DNA of 54,449 nucleotides, counting the filler, from Stramenopiles sp. TOSAG23-3 (lineage: Eukaryota): NCBI GenBank assembly GCA_900128585.1. It is 4 parts of 4 records of this genome, joined end to end, with 100 filler letters (N's around TTAATTAATTAA, not from the genome) between each part and the next. Parts side by side here need not be neighbours in the genome. Positions count along the whole stretch, not along the records: positions 13,675 to 27,228 come from LT642621.1; positions 27,329 to 40,850 come from LT642622.1; 2 more parts are not named here. The stretch is one strand, 5' to 3'. A program made the position numbers and the translations under genes. This document shows, one piece after another, positions 19,533 to 30,679 of the stretch. The notes beneath the pieces are model-generated. The model saw only the letters and a program-made list of their open reading frames with translations. It searched no databases and was not told the origin of the DNA. Position 1 is the stretch's first letter; each line of letters opens with the position of its first letter.

Positions 19533-22484
19533 ATGCAGGGCGACGTTCAAACCGCAGACGTCCTTATTGAGCCTTTGGCTACAATCAAACCGGTAGAAGA
19601 AAGGGCGGCTCCAAAATTATCCGTGGCAGACTTAAAGAGACTTACAAGGCGCAATCGGCGCGTTAGAAAAGAGACCAAACATAAGTGGGATTATATCCAC
19701 CCGATACCAGACTCCCCCCAGGGAAATAGAAGCATACTCCCAAAAATTCTCGGTTTCCACAGTGTCTTGTACGACGAAGAAACCGCACAACTTCGACCCC
19801 ATTTGATCGAGGAGGAAGAGAGGAGAAAAGACAAAAAAAAGGCGCGCCACAAACAATACGCAAGCTACTGTAATGTATGCCACAAAAAACAAGAATGGTG
19901 CGGACTTCCCCACGTTGACTTAGCCCAGCAGCCACCCTTGTCCAAATTTGAACTTAAAGTTAGGCACCGTGCACGGCTTCGTAACGGCAAGTCGCACGCA
20001 TGGCTCGGGGACACGAAGGAAAGGAACCGCTTGAAGGGCTGGAATATGCGCCGGGTAATTTACAAGCCAGCAGCGGCCATTAGAATGCAGCAGGTAGCCA
20101 GAAGGTTCTTGATCCGGAATTTTTTGCAGAGAGTGCGTTTGTACATTCAGCGCAAGGAGACATGCCCGAAGAAAATGCGGATAATTCTGCGTGCGGCGAC
20201 CGATGCTCGGTGCAGAAAGATATTCTTTGCAACTCAAATTAGTAAAACAGTTCGCGGGATGTTGGGACGGATCCGTGTGAAGCACCTCCGTGCAGGCCAA
20301 ATCCAAAAGTGCATAAGAGGGTACTTTGGAAGACGCCGGGTACGATACCTGAGGTGGTCCGTATACCGCCTGTCCGGCAAGGCCGTCACCGCTCTGCAAA
20401 TAAATGTCATAGGGTGTAATGGGGTAGCGAATGCTGACTCCGGGGGTTCTAGCGATCCTTTTTGCATAGTAAAGCAGTTTGGTGTGGAGATAGGGCGTAC
20501 GAAAACGATAGAAAACACTTTAGATCCGGTATGGAATGGGCCTAGCATACCCGCAAAAATTACGCAGAGCAACTTGGTGCCGTTGAATGGCATTGGCACG
20601 TGGTTCGTGTGCGACGAGTCGAATAAAACTAACAAGACGCTTTGTGAGATCCTTGAAGACTTGCAAACAGAAGAAGGGCGTAAGATGATCCAGTCAACAA
20701 AAATCTACCACGAATCTATCTCGGCCAAACACGCGATGAAAGTGGTCGATGTCGACAACTTTCCCATCCATTGGGCAGAGAAAGTAAATTACGCCATCCT
20801 ACATCCTCCAAAAAAAAGCATGTTCGCTTTGAAGGGTAAAAAAAAGAAGGTTAAGAAAAAAACGAAAAAAGAACAGGAAGAAGACGATCGAAAGAAGCGT
20901 TTGGCGGCGTACGAACATGGGGAGATGTTAAAGTTAAAAATTCACTTGCACTCAGCATCAGGCCTTCGGAAAGCGGATGGAATTTTTGGAAAAAGCGACC
21001 CATACGTGAAGGTCAAATTCAATGGGAAAGATATAGGAAAATCCAAAGTAATCAAGAAAACGTTGGACCCCGTCTGGGACGAGCACCTTGAAGTTTTAAT
21101 TCCCAAGTGGATCGCACCGCTGCACGACCAAACCCTGTGTTTTGATATATTCGACTACGATCTTGCTGGGGGTCACGACTTTTTGGGACAGAAAATATTT
21201 CGAGACGAAGATTTGGAGACGTTCCTTGGAAACAGAGAACCGTTGGAGTATGGCCTTTCAAAGTTTGAAGGAATGAAGAAGAAAATTTCCATCACGGGAA
21301 AACTGGAGATCCGTGGAAGGGTTTTGACATTTAAAGAAGAGCAGGAGCTGAAAGTTGCCGCGTTGAAACTTGAAAGCGAAACGACAGATAAGATAACGAT
21401 CCACATTCATCGAGCGAACAATCTTCGAAAAGCGGATGGGATGTTTGGAAAAAGCGATCCATACGTCCACGTGTTCTTCGATGAAAAACTAGTGGCTCGC
21501 ACGAATGTCATCAAGAGGAACTTGAATCCCGTTTGGGATACAAAGGTAGAGTTTTACGTACCCAAAGTAACGAGCTGGGAAGAAGCGAACCATACGCTGC
21601 GCTTTGAAGTATTTGATCACGACATAGCGGGTTCTCACGATTTTCTAGGGCAATTTACATTCCAAGGGATGGACATTAAAGAATTTCTTGAGCTTGAAAA
21701 CATGGTCGATTACCAGCTTGATGAATACAGACATAAGAAAGAGAAACGAAAGAACGTTAGTGGGACAGTCTCGCTTCAGGGGGCACTTTTAACGATCGAA
21801 CAAGAGCCTGTAAAACCAAAAACAGTCAACGAGAAGACTAAAGTGCCCGACAAAGAATGCGCGGACGATGCTAATAGCAACCCTCTTTCGCCCTCAAAGG
21901 AAAAGGAAGTCCAGCAAGTCAAATTGACCCCAAAGAATGTTAAGCCATTTAAGTTTTCAAAAGGCGGTAAATGGTTTTACCGAGACCCTCGTAACTTTGA
22001 GCATATCCATGGCCCCATGCCTCTGGCGAGACTCCTTTTTCTCGTTCACAAACGAAAGGTGTACCTAGAGAGGATCTCAAAGCTCCTCGTTCGGCACGAA
22101 TCAGTGGATTACTTTTTGCCATTGGGGGCTGAAGATCGGTTTCCTTTGGGATGGTTTAGGCGTGCCAGAGTCAAAGGCGGGACTGCCATATTAAGAAAGC
22201 CTTTTATCTCGATGGAAGTTTACGACAAAGACATGCTGTCATCCGAGCTTCTGGGGGGGGCGGCAATTACCGATTTTGAGGTCGACGTCATGCTTCATGA
22301 GTCCCACGAGAGGGAAGACTTTATGCTGAAAGAACCCCATCCGTACGAAAGAAGATCGTACGATCTTAGAAATGAGCAGGGAGAGAGTGGAAAAACCAAT
22401 AACGGTTTGGAGGTGACCGGATCAATAACGATAGAATCTCAACTGTCTTATTCTTGGAGAAATGATAAGAAGAGCGAAAAATAA
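19533..22484 (+). CDS. IQ-motif and multi-C2-domain protein with GYF-like domain
   Basis: IQ-like motifs (MQQVARRFL, ISKTVRGMLGR, IQKCIRGYFGR). C2 domains with KADGIFGKSDPYV..LDPVW and FDYDLAGGHDFLG. GYF-like KWFYRDP..IHGP. Start at first ATG. Confidence 0.88.
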   Translation: MQGDVQTADVLIEPLATIKPVEERAAPKLSVADLKRLTRRNRRVRKETKHKWDYIHPIPDSPQGNRSILPKILGFHSVLYDEETAQLRPHLIEEEERRKDKKKARHKQYASYCNVCHKKQEWCGLPHVDLAQQPPLSKFELKVRHRARLRNGKSHAWLGDTKERNRLKGWNMRRVIYKPAAAIRMQQVARRFLIRNFLQRVRLYIQRKETCPKKMRIILRAATDARCRKIFFATQISKTVRGMLGRIRVKHLRAGQIQKCIRGYFGRRRVRYLRWSVYRLSGKAVTALQINVIGCNGVANADSGGSSDPFCIVKQFGVEIGRTKTIENTLDPVWNGPSIPAKITQSNLVPLNGIGTWFVCDESNKTNKTLCEILEDLQTEEGRKMIQSTKIYHESISAKHAMKVVDVDNFPIHWAEKVNYAILHPPKKSMFALKGKKKKVKKKTKKEQEEDDRKKRLAAYEHGEMLKLKIHLHSASGLRKADGIFGKSDPYVKVKFNGKDIGKSKVIKKTLDPVWDEHLEVLIPKWIAPLHDQTLCFDIFDYDLAGGHDFLGQKIFRDEDLETFLGNREPLEYGLSKFEGMKKKISITGKLEIRGRVLTFKEEQELKVAALKLESETTDKITIHIHRANNLRKADGMFGKSDPYVHVFFDEKLVARTNVIKRNLNPVWDTKVEFYVPKVTSWEEANHTLRFEVFDHDIAGSHDFLGQFTFQGMDIKEFLELENMVDYQLDEYRHKKEKRKNVSGTVSLQGALLTIEQEPVKPKTVNEKTKVPDKECADDANSNPLSPSKEKEVQQVKLTPKNVKPFKFSKGGKWFYRDPRNFEHIHGPMPLARLLFLVHKRKVYLERISKLLVRHESVDYFLPLGAEDRFPLGWFRRARVKGGTAILRKPFISMEVYDKDMLSSELLGGAAITDFEVDVMLHESHEREDFMLKEPHPYERRSYDLRNEQGESGKTNNGLEVTGSITIESQLSYSWRNDKKSEK

Positions 22485-22596
22485 GCAATGAGATAAATTA
22501 ACATAACATAACACTTGTGTGCACAAACCAAAACATATATGCTGTTGTTCAGAAGGCGTTAATTTAAAACCTTAAACGTGAGATTTATGCCACACT

Positions 22597-25500
22597 CTAC
22601 TTGACTACTTTCCTAGTCTTCTCGTTATCTTTCGCAGCTGGAATAAGCGTTTTCTTTATGAATCTATTTATCCTCGAGGGCACGACTTCGTACGGGTTCG
22701 GTTCCAAGAACATGGCGACTGCCGAGAGTGCTTCCATAAATTCTGAATATACCATTTCGCTCCCATCATCATCGTCTTCGTCTTCGTCCAGCTCCGCTTC
22801 CTCTTGCTGCACAAACGCAAAAATTGTTCGAACCGCCCTTTGGCTCAATATTGGCCCCGTAAGTTTCATCTCCATGCAAAAACTAGTCAACTCTTTGCAA
22901 TTCATGGTATCCATAGCGAGGGCGGCATCCCCATCGTCGTCGTCCGCAGCATAAACAGAATAAATTTTTTTGGTGTTTCGCTTGTGCTTCTTGTATACGG
23001 CCTGAACTTCGTCGCCTGCCAAACGTTCTCTGAAAACGTCACAGTCGACGCTGCATGCATTTGGCAACATGTCATCGTTCATAAGCTTTTTTAAACGGGC
23101 GACCAGCTCGCCAGCCGTCTTCTTCGAATACCGAATACCGCCAGGATGACGTGCGGCACAGGCATTCAACCCATTCATCACTTTCCATCTCGCCGTCATC
23201 TGACTCTTTTCTTTCCGCAGAGGACAAACTGTAGTCGATGTTACACGCCTGAAATATAAGGTCCAGTCTGACAGAGGGGAGAGCTTTTCTATCTTTTTGG
23301 AATTTGCACTCCCTGCACCACTTCCAAAATTCGGCATGGTCCATGCTATTTGCGTCCCCGGCTTCTGCTGCGGCGTAATATTGAAAAATGCGCTTCAAAT
23401 CTCGTATTCTGTGCCTGAAAATGTCGGTGTATTGAGTTATTACTTCATTTTGATCGTCCTCTTCCGTTACACCTGCCCGCTTAAACACGCTGCCCTCCAG
23501 CTGAACGCGGTCAATCGTAGTGAAAGACCCATCGTCAACGTCCTCTTCAACCTTTACTTTTCTTGATAGAACTGTCGTACAAACGGACTGCCACACCAAA
23601 TATGTCAACCGGTCCCTCCATTCGTTCCACCTTTTTCGATCCGGTAGAGCCTTTAAAAAATTGCTGGACTCCCACTGCAGAATATTTCTTAACCGATCTT
23701 GGTTTTCAACAATCTGATTGTTCATAGCCACCAGGTCCTCGTGAAGAAACGCTAGCTGACCCTTTGCTGCCAATTTGACTGCCGTCTCCCGAATGCTGTT
23801 CCACTTCAGCGCAGCTTCTTCGAGCAGATCCATTTCCCGCTTTTCCATCTCTTTCGGCAAAAAGACGCACCCGTCGGATTTTGAAACAATTGCTGCCAAG
23901 AGAGCAAATTTTAGCGGGACTTCTCGGCCCTCCACGTGGATCCTTTGGCCACAATAGCGTGACATGATGTGAACTATGATCCCCGATTCAGCCTCTCGAG
24001 CAGCTAAACGGGCCATTCGTGCTTCTTGTTTGGCGACCTCTTCCGGGGTTGGCTCCCTTGGTATACCGGTAATATCTGTCGCTGTGATAAAGCGCCCAAG
24101 TGGTAATTCAACAGACTTAAATTTGTGGAAGCTTTGCTTCTTCATCTCACTCTCCACTACGTCGCGCTCTGCTAGTTCGTTCAAGCACCTGCTAGCACGG
24201 TCGTATAGCTTTAAGCTCATGCGCTCATCAAATTTATCTGCTTCGGCGAGGTAATCAAAAGAATTATCTTCTCCCTCGTTTTCTTCTTTCTCTTCGTCTG
24301 TGTCATCGTTGCGCCCTACGTGCTCCTCGTGCCCCGTCAACAAAGACTCTTGCAATAGTATTTTCTCCCTCAAATCTAAGGCGGGGATTAAGCTGAAGCG
24401 ATTCAGGGCTGTGTATATACTGCAGTCGGTCAAGTCGTCGGGAACTTCGAGGAGTTTTCCAACTTTTTTCTTCTGTCCTTTCTCTACGTGGCCATATTTG
24501 AGCAGGATAGACCTTGCGGGCTCTCTATGAAGCTGGTAATTTACCCACTGTAGCAGAAGCATCCCGTCACGGGTTTCAAATGGCTGAAACGCGGGGGTCT
24601 TCTCTATACTATTAAATTGTCCTGGCAGCCATGACAGCAACGTCCTTTCCACATCCTCCTCTGCCCTGACTTCCTTGTGAAATTCAGGCTCAGTAAATTC
24701 AGCCTTCGGCAGGGCTGTTATATGCATTGTGGACAGGCGAAACACATCAGGCGCCTTTCGGAAGCATTCCATGGTATTATGCGTCTCGTGCATTACAGCC
24801 ATGTCCCCGGCAACTTTGATGGAACTTGTCAGCGCTATTATCACTTTTTTCAAAGTAGGAGGCTGCCGTGCAGGGTCGTGCAGAATTGCTAGTGCCCGTT
24901 CGAGCTGGTCTTCGAAATTTTGCGCAGCGCTGGACACGTTGTCAATTTCATGCATGACGTACATTGTCTGTTCGCGGACTTCGCCAATCTCTTTTGTGTA
25001 CTCTTTCACTTGTGTCATTGCATGCTCTTCCCAGTTTCTTTCCCTGTCGTACCTGCTTCTAGCCACTACAATTTTCCATTCTTTCCATAATTTCTTTAAA
25101 CCTATCTGTTTCTTTTTGAAAAAATATATGCCCAGCATTCTTGCGGCCCGTTTTTGCTTCTTAATTGAATCTCTCCAGCGGGTAAAAACTCTATTGAGCA
25201 TTGAATTTTGCCAACGCTTTACAGTAAGCTCTAGTGATCGTTTTTCGGCTGCTTGCTGTCTCTTGAGCATGTCCAAATACTTTTGGAAGCCTGGGAGCAA
25301 ATTACGTTCGTGATGAATCTGATCCCGTAAATGACCAACCTCTTCGAAGTACGAGTTGACTTTCATGACTTTATTAATAAGCTGTTTAGACAAGCCACTT
25401 TGAGACTGCGGAAAATTTCTTTGAATGCTCCTCAACTGTTCTACTGCTCTGTTGTCTTTAAATATAGAGTACAGTATGTGCTCTATCGCTACCCGTGCTG

Positions 25501-26296
25501 CTGGGTGAGATTCGCATATTCTATCTTCCAGCTCTAACAGCAGCTGGGTTACTATCGTAGCCATCATTCTGGACGGCCCCCGAACGGCCTCCGATAACTG
25601 GATGACCTCCAACAATTTTACCTGCGCCCATTTTGATTTGCTGACAAAAAAATCCTTTTCTTTGTTGTACGTATCGACCCATTGTTGCGTGCTGTGATCG
25701 CGGCTCTTGGCCCCCGGAATAATGTGTGATGTGTCGAACGATGGTGACCAGTACACGGATATCATACCGTCTGTTTTTTGTTGCGTTGACGTCTTCTTCG
25801 GCATGTTTCGCTTCTGCCCAATAACCATGTCGACTAATGGTTCCTTGCTTTGGCGCTTTTGTACTCTTCTAAGCACCTTCAATTCTTCCGCGCGGTTTTT
25901 GTTTGTTGTTAGAAGCGTTGACGACGATTCTCTTGCCCTGATGGATGATTCAAAAGTTAGCCCTTCTATGGGAGAAATGTTTGTGGGGCTTAAAGGTTTA
26001 AGGGAGACCTTGTTCGGAGAGTTTAAATACGGCGCCCCGGGGAGGCTAAAGGTTTGTGGCGTGTCTTTCGTGCCTGCCTCAGCATTCGTTGTAACACGAA
26101 TATTATCCACAGACACTTCGCCCGTGTTTGGCAGGAAAATTCCCACCTTTTCTAGAAAGCTAATCGAGTGTCTACGTTCTAAGGGTGGGGGCCTGCCTTT
26201 TTGTCCGTCAGTTGCTAAAGATGCCCCCCTCCGCACAGAAGACCCGAGGGCCTTGCTGCTTTGAGACAAGTACGGGTTGTTTTTCCGGTGGCTCAT
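22597..26296 (-). CDS. Large coiled-coil / CH-like / EF-hand-like protein (possibly flagellar), frameshifted by a 7-bp duplication at 23125-23138
   Basis: ORF 23072-26296 and ORF 22597-23337 overlap in different frames. Deleting one CGAATAC copy gives a continuous frame ..SSWRYSKKTAGELV... CH-like LLLQWVNYQL..DDLTDC. Helical repeats DLKRIFQYY..MDHAEFWKW and KKIYSVY..MNCKEL..MVYSEFMEAL. Confidence 0.7.
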
Positions 26297-27228
26297 AGCG
26301 CGGCAGGTGCAAAAGATTTACTTCTGTTTATAGTTTCCTTTCACTTCTTAAGCACCCACTTTGTTAAATTTGTTGTTGGGCGCTTGTAACTCTACCAACA
26401 ATTTGGTTCACTTGCAGTGCAACAAAAGAATTCTTCCGCAGAATTTAAAAGTTGATGTTGTTGTTGTTATATACGACGTATTTTAGAACGACTAGACTAA
26501 TTTTGTTTGGTATTTGCTACCATCCACAGAGGTATATTACGTAATTTACACAAATGAAAAATAGGTATATCAATTTAACATATAATTTTGTTTAAGTTAT
26601 GTTTTTGTCTTAATTAGTGTTAGTTTTCATTAACAGCTATACTAACATTTTGTACCGGTATAATAATACGCATAATTATAAGGCCTTTTAATATTACCAA
26701 CTCATGATGAGGATTTTTTTTGTAGTCGTCTTGTTTGAAACTTGACCTTATCTGAAGGTTTAAAAAAAACAAGAAGAAAGAAGAAGAAAATGCAAAAAAC
26801 AGAACAACGTAAAATCTGGCAGAAAATCTAGTTAACTCACACCTCGTGGCGTCGCTCGCTCCGCGATGTACACTGCCCTTGCCTTGCCCTGCCCTGCCTG
26901 CCCCCCTTTTACTTTTTAGAATTTATTGTTTTTTAATTAAACTAGACTAACTGAAACACATCCTCGTATACGTACGTTCGTTTGTGTTAACACTGTGTTA
27001 GGTTCCTGTAATATATCTTTTAATGACGGATAATAGAGAGGGAGAACAGAATAAGGAAACCAAAACGTTTTTAGAACAGGAGAGCAGTGCGGTTTAATTG
27101 CGGATGTTTGCGCGGAAGAATGCCAGGGACTTTTAATTAGTACCACACAGCATAGGTATCAATCTGTGATGACAACGACGACGACGACGAAGAACATCAA
27201 AAAATCGGTTCGAAGTAATAATAAAAGG

Positions 27229-27328
27229 NNNNNNNNNNNNNNNNNNNNNNNNNNNNNNNNNNNNNNNNNNNNTTAATTAATTAANNNNNNNNNNNNNNNN
27301 NNNNNNNNNNNNNNNNNNNNNNNNNNNN
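27229..27328. other. Artificial scaffold-joining linker
   Basis: N44-TTAATTAATTAA-N44. Confidence 0.97.
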
Positions 27329-27330
27329 TT

Positions 27331-27711
27331 GTCAATAAATTTTGTCGCTCTAAATACGGACAATTTATTGGTCGTATTTCTATGAGTCTTTACCTTACAC
27401 ATATGATGAACTTTCATGGATTTTTTGATGTGCTTATTCCAGCTCTGCAAATCACAGTCTGGGAAATTGGTAACCCTCTCCGAATCTTGATATTGGTGCC
27501 GTTATTGTTGCTCACTGGCGCATTATCATATTTGCTCTTAATAGGTGTTGAAGATCCGTGTAGAAAAAAGATTCGTCGATTAATACCTGCCGATGATGCA
27601 ATATTGATTCGCCAGTCCGTTCCTTCTACTACCCCAGGAGAGGAACCACCCCCCATAGGCAACTCCCCGGAACGCTACAAAGTACTAATCAGCGACAGTA
27701 CACCGCTCTGA
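27331..27711 (+). CDS. 3' end of an acyltransferase family 3 (OafA-like) membrane protein, truncated by scaffold start
   Basis: The frame is open from the scaffold edge: VNKFCRSKYGQFIGRISMSLYLTH...GALSYLLLIGVEDPCRK. This matches the AT3 C-terminal G.iSyslYL.H and A.lSY..vE.P.r signature. Confidence 0.65.
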   Translation, partial: VNKFCRSKYGQFIGRISMSLYLTHMMNFHGFFDVLIPALQITVWEIGNPLRILILVPLLLLTGALSYLLLIGVEDPCRKKIRRLIPADDAILIRQSVPSTTPGEEPPPIGNSPERYKVLISDSTPL

Positions 27712-28030
27712 CCGCCAGAAGTATTATACCGCGAAAGCCAGAACAGCGCACAGAACGAGCTGGAGAACATGATCCAGGCTTTCACATGGAACATGAGCGT
27801 CACTACTTGTAATTGTCACAGGCACAAATAATGGCGTATCGTCGCTGAAACAGGTCGTTGAGGCTGACGTCGTGGAGCTCCAACTGTGCGTCCACCCCGT
27901 CGCTGTCGTCCTCGATGGGCGGTGTAACGTTCGTACCACGCGTACCCGCCCCAGGGGACCCTACGGTACCGAGGCTCGCCCCGGGGGACAACTGGTGAAT
28001 GCGTTTCGTTGGTCGTATACATTTAATTTA

Positions 28031-28398
28031 AAAACAAGAAAAATTGGCTGTTATTTTTTATAGTAATTAAAATTAAAGAAAAAAAGAGGGGTGTCAGTTC
28101 AAGAACAATGTCTCCTCCTATTGCAGATCCTCCCCAAGTTCTGGTCAAGATTCCAATTGATTGGTCTTTTAAAAGTACACAGCGGCATAAATGTTTTAAA
28201 GGGGCTCGTTGTCTGTGGTACTGCTCAATGAAATAATGATCGGTGTATTGAGTTTGATCGTTTCGTGGTCCTGGTCAGTTTTTAATTTTATTAAATATCA
28301 GCCAATTTTCTTGTTTTTATCATATGATACTTAAAATATGGTAACAGCCAATTTTTTGTTTTTAAAATTACTTTAATAACAGCCAAATTTTTTGTTTT
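28031..28398. repeat. Cluster of four copies of the AAAACAA(G)AAAATTGGCTGTTATT repeat
   Basis: 28031-28056(+), 28286-28320(-), 28342-28363(-) and 28375-28398(-), all downstream of the HSP90 stop. Confidence 0.8.
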
Positions 28399-28483
28399 AA
28401 AAATTGTAAAGTTTACAACCCACGCTCTGCTTCTAGGAACATACGCGCGGCACAAGCACACGCGCTACTGCGCTGTGAACCTC

Positions 28484-30610
28484 TTAATCTACTTCTTCCA
28501 TCTTGGAGTCGTCTTCGTCGGAGTCGCCGTCAAGTTCTGGCAAGTCATCGATGTCGTCTTCATCATCATCGTCATCTTCCCCATCGTCATCAACGCCCAG
28601 GCCGAGTTTGATCAAACGGTGGATTCGGTTGGCGAAGGTGGTTGGTTCGTCCAACGAGAAGCCACTGGTCAACAAACTAGTGTCGTACAGCAACCAGATC
28701 AAGTCCTTGACGGTCTTGTCGGATTGGTCGGCTTCGGCCTTTTCACGCAAAGTCTTAATGATCGCGTGCGATGGGTTCAACTCCATGGTCTTCTTGGAGG
28801 ACATGTAGCCGGACATGGAACTATCACGGAGTGCCTGGGCCTTCATGATGCGCTCCATGTTCGCGGTCCACCCGTACTCGCCGGTGACAAGAACGCACGG
28901 AGAGTCGACGATGCGGTTGGAAACTTGAACCTTTTCGACTTTGTCGTCCAGGACTTCCTTCATCAACTTGCACAGGCCTTCGGTCTTGGCCTTTTCTTCT
29001 TCGAACGCTTTCTTTTCGTCGTCAGATTCGTCGATGTTCAAGCCTTCTTTGGAGGCGCACAGCAATTTCTTGCCATCGTACTCCTTCAATTGCTGCACGC
29101 AGTACTCGTCGATCGGGTCAACCATGTACAAGACTTCGAACCCTTTCTTCTTGAGCTTCTCCAAGAATGGAGAGGACTCGACGCCCTTCTTGCTCTCCCC
29201 GGTGATGTAGTAGATCCCTGGTTGGTTCTCCTTCATGCGGCCGACGTACTCTTTCAAGCTGGTAAGGTCGTCGCCACTCTTGGAACTGCTGTAGCGAAGA
29301 AGTTCGGACAACTTGGATCGGTTGGTGGAGTCCTCGTGGACGCCCAACTTGATGTTCTTGGAGAAGGCTTCGTAGAACTTCTTGTAGTCGTCCTTGTCTT
29401 CGGCGATGTCGTTCATCAACTCGATGCTCTTCTTGACCAAGTTCTTCTTGATGACGCGCAAGATCTTGTTTTGCTGAAGGGTCTCGCGGGAGATGTTCAG
29501 GGGCAAGTCTTCACTGTCGACGATGCCCTTGATGAAGGACAGCCATTCTGGCATCAACTCCTCGCAGTTGTCCATGATGAACACGCGGCGAACGTAGAGG
29601 CGGATGTTGTTCTGCTTCTTGCCTTTGCCTTCGAACATGTCGAACGGGGCGCGCTTTGGGGCGAACAGCATGGCGCGGAACTCAAGCTGGCCTTCCACAC
29701 TGAAGTGCTTGACCTTCATGTGCTCTTCCCAGTCGTTGGTCAGGGCCTTGTAGAAGGCGGCGTACTCCTCGTGGGAGATATCCTTTGGTTTGCGCATCCA
29801 TAGCGGCTTTTGCTTGTTCATGGTTTCCCACTCGTGCTTTACCTCCTTGATCTTCTTGGTCTTCTTTTCCTTCTTCTTGCCTTCGTCCTTTTCGACTTCT
29901 TCGACCTTGGGGGCGTCGTCGTCGTCCTCGTCTTCCTCGTCATCCTCGTCGTCGGTGACTTCCTTTTCTTCGGTCTTTTCCACCCACAATTCGATCGGAA
30001 AGCCGATGAATTCGGAGTGTTTCTTTACCAAATCCTTGAGGCGGCGCTCTTCCAAAAACTCTTGCTGGTCTTCCTTCATGTGAAGGCAGATGCTGGTCCC
30101 ACGGCCAAGGGACTTGCCCTCGTCCTTGTTGATGGTGAAGCTGCCCCCGGCACTGGACGTCCAGCGGTACTGCTCGTCTTCGTTGTTCTTACTGCAGACA
30201 ACGACTTTGTCGGCGACAAGGTAGGCGGAGTAGAAACCGACACCGAACTGACCGATCATACTGATATCGGCGCCGGCGCTAAGGGCTTCCATGAACGCTT
30301 TGGTTCCTGACTTGGCGATGGTACCCAAGTTGTTAATGAGGTCGGCTTTGGTCATACCAATGCCAGAGTCCTGGATGGTCAAGGTGTTGTTCGCCTTGTC
30401 CGGGATAAGCTTGATCTTAAGATCCGGTTCGGTCTTCAACGCATCTGCGTCCGTCAAAGAGGTGTAACGAATCTTGTCAAGGGCATCACTCGAGTTGGAG
30501 ATCAACTCACGAAGAAAGATTTCTTTGTTCGAGTAGAAGGTGTTAATGATAAGACTCATCAACTGAGAAATATCAGCCGAGAACGCGAAGGTTTCTGTTT
30601 CGTCCGCCAT
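28484..30610 (-). CDS. HSP90: Cytosolic heat shock protein 90
   Basis: [40 protein letters not shown] and C-terminal MEEVD. Strong codon bias. Confidence 0.99.
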   Translation of the reverse strand: MADETETFAFSADISQLMSLIINTFYSNKEIFLRELISNSSDALDKIRYTSLTDADALKTEPDLKIKLIPDKANNTLTIQDSGIGMTKADLINNLGTIAKSGTKAFMEALSAGADISMIGQFGVGFYSAYLVADKVVVCSKNNEDEQYRWTSSAGGSFTINKDEGKSLGRGTSICLHMKEDQQEFLEERRLKDLVKKHSEFIGFPIELWVEKTEEKEVTDDEDDEEDEDDDDAPKVEEVEKDEGKKKEKKTKKIKEVKHEWETMNKQKPLWMRKPKDISHEEYAAFYKALTNDWEEHMKVKHFSVEGQLEFRAMLFAPKRAPFDMFEGKGKKQNNIRLYVRRVFIMDNCEELMPEWLSFIKGIVDSEDLPLNISRETLQQNKILRVIKKNLVKKSIELMNDIAEDKDDYKKFYEAFSKNIKLGVHEDSTNRSKLSELLRYSSSKSGDDLTSLKEYVGRMKENQPGIYYITGESKKGVESSPFLEKLKKKGFEVLYMVDPIDEYCVQQLKEYDGKKLLCASKEGLNIDESDDEKKAFEEEKAKTEGLCKLMKEVLDDKVEKVQVSNRIVDSPCVLVTGEYGWTANMERIMKAQALRDSSMSGYMSSKKTMELNPSHAIIKTLREKAEADQSDKTVKDLIWLLYDTSLLTSGFSLDEPTTFANRIHRLIKLGLGVDDDGEDDDDDEDDIDDLPELDGDSDEDDSKMEEVD

Positions 30611-30621
30611 GGTTTGAAATT

Positions 30622-30679
30622 CTGGTGTATAGTTTTAAACGTTTGAATTGTTAAAAAGTATGTTTTTGTTGTATCTCAC
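30622..30679 (-). other. Probable 5'-UTR intron of HSP90
   Basis: On the minus strand, G|GTGAGA...TTTAAC...CACCAG|, 58 nt, ending 11 nt before the ATG. Confidence 0.45.

Noticed and set aside
27724-28063. GC-rich patch with short ORFs; RRYAIICACDNYK faintly resembles a caspase-like first strand
   Set aside because: Stop codons follow immediately and there are no catalytic His/Cys motifs. Too weak to call even as a pseudogene.
28475-29803. 442-aa ORF antisense to HSP90 (also 29810-30310)
   Set aside because: Shadow ORF caused by the strong codon bias of HSP90; it has no independent protein features.
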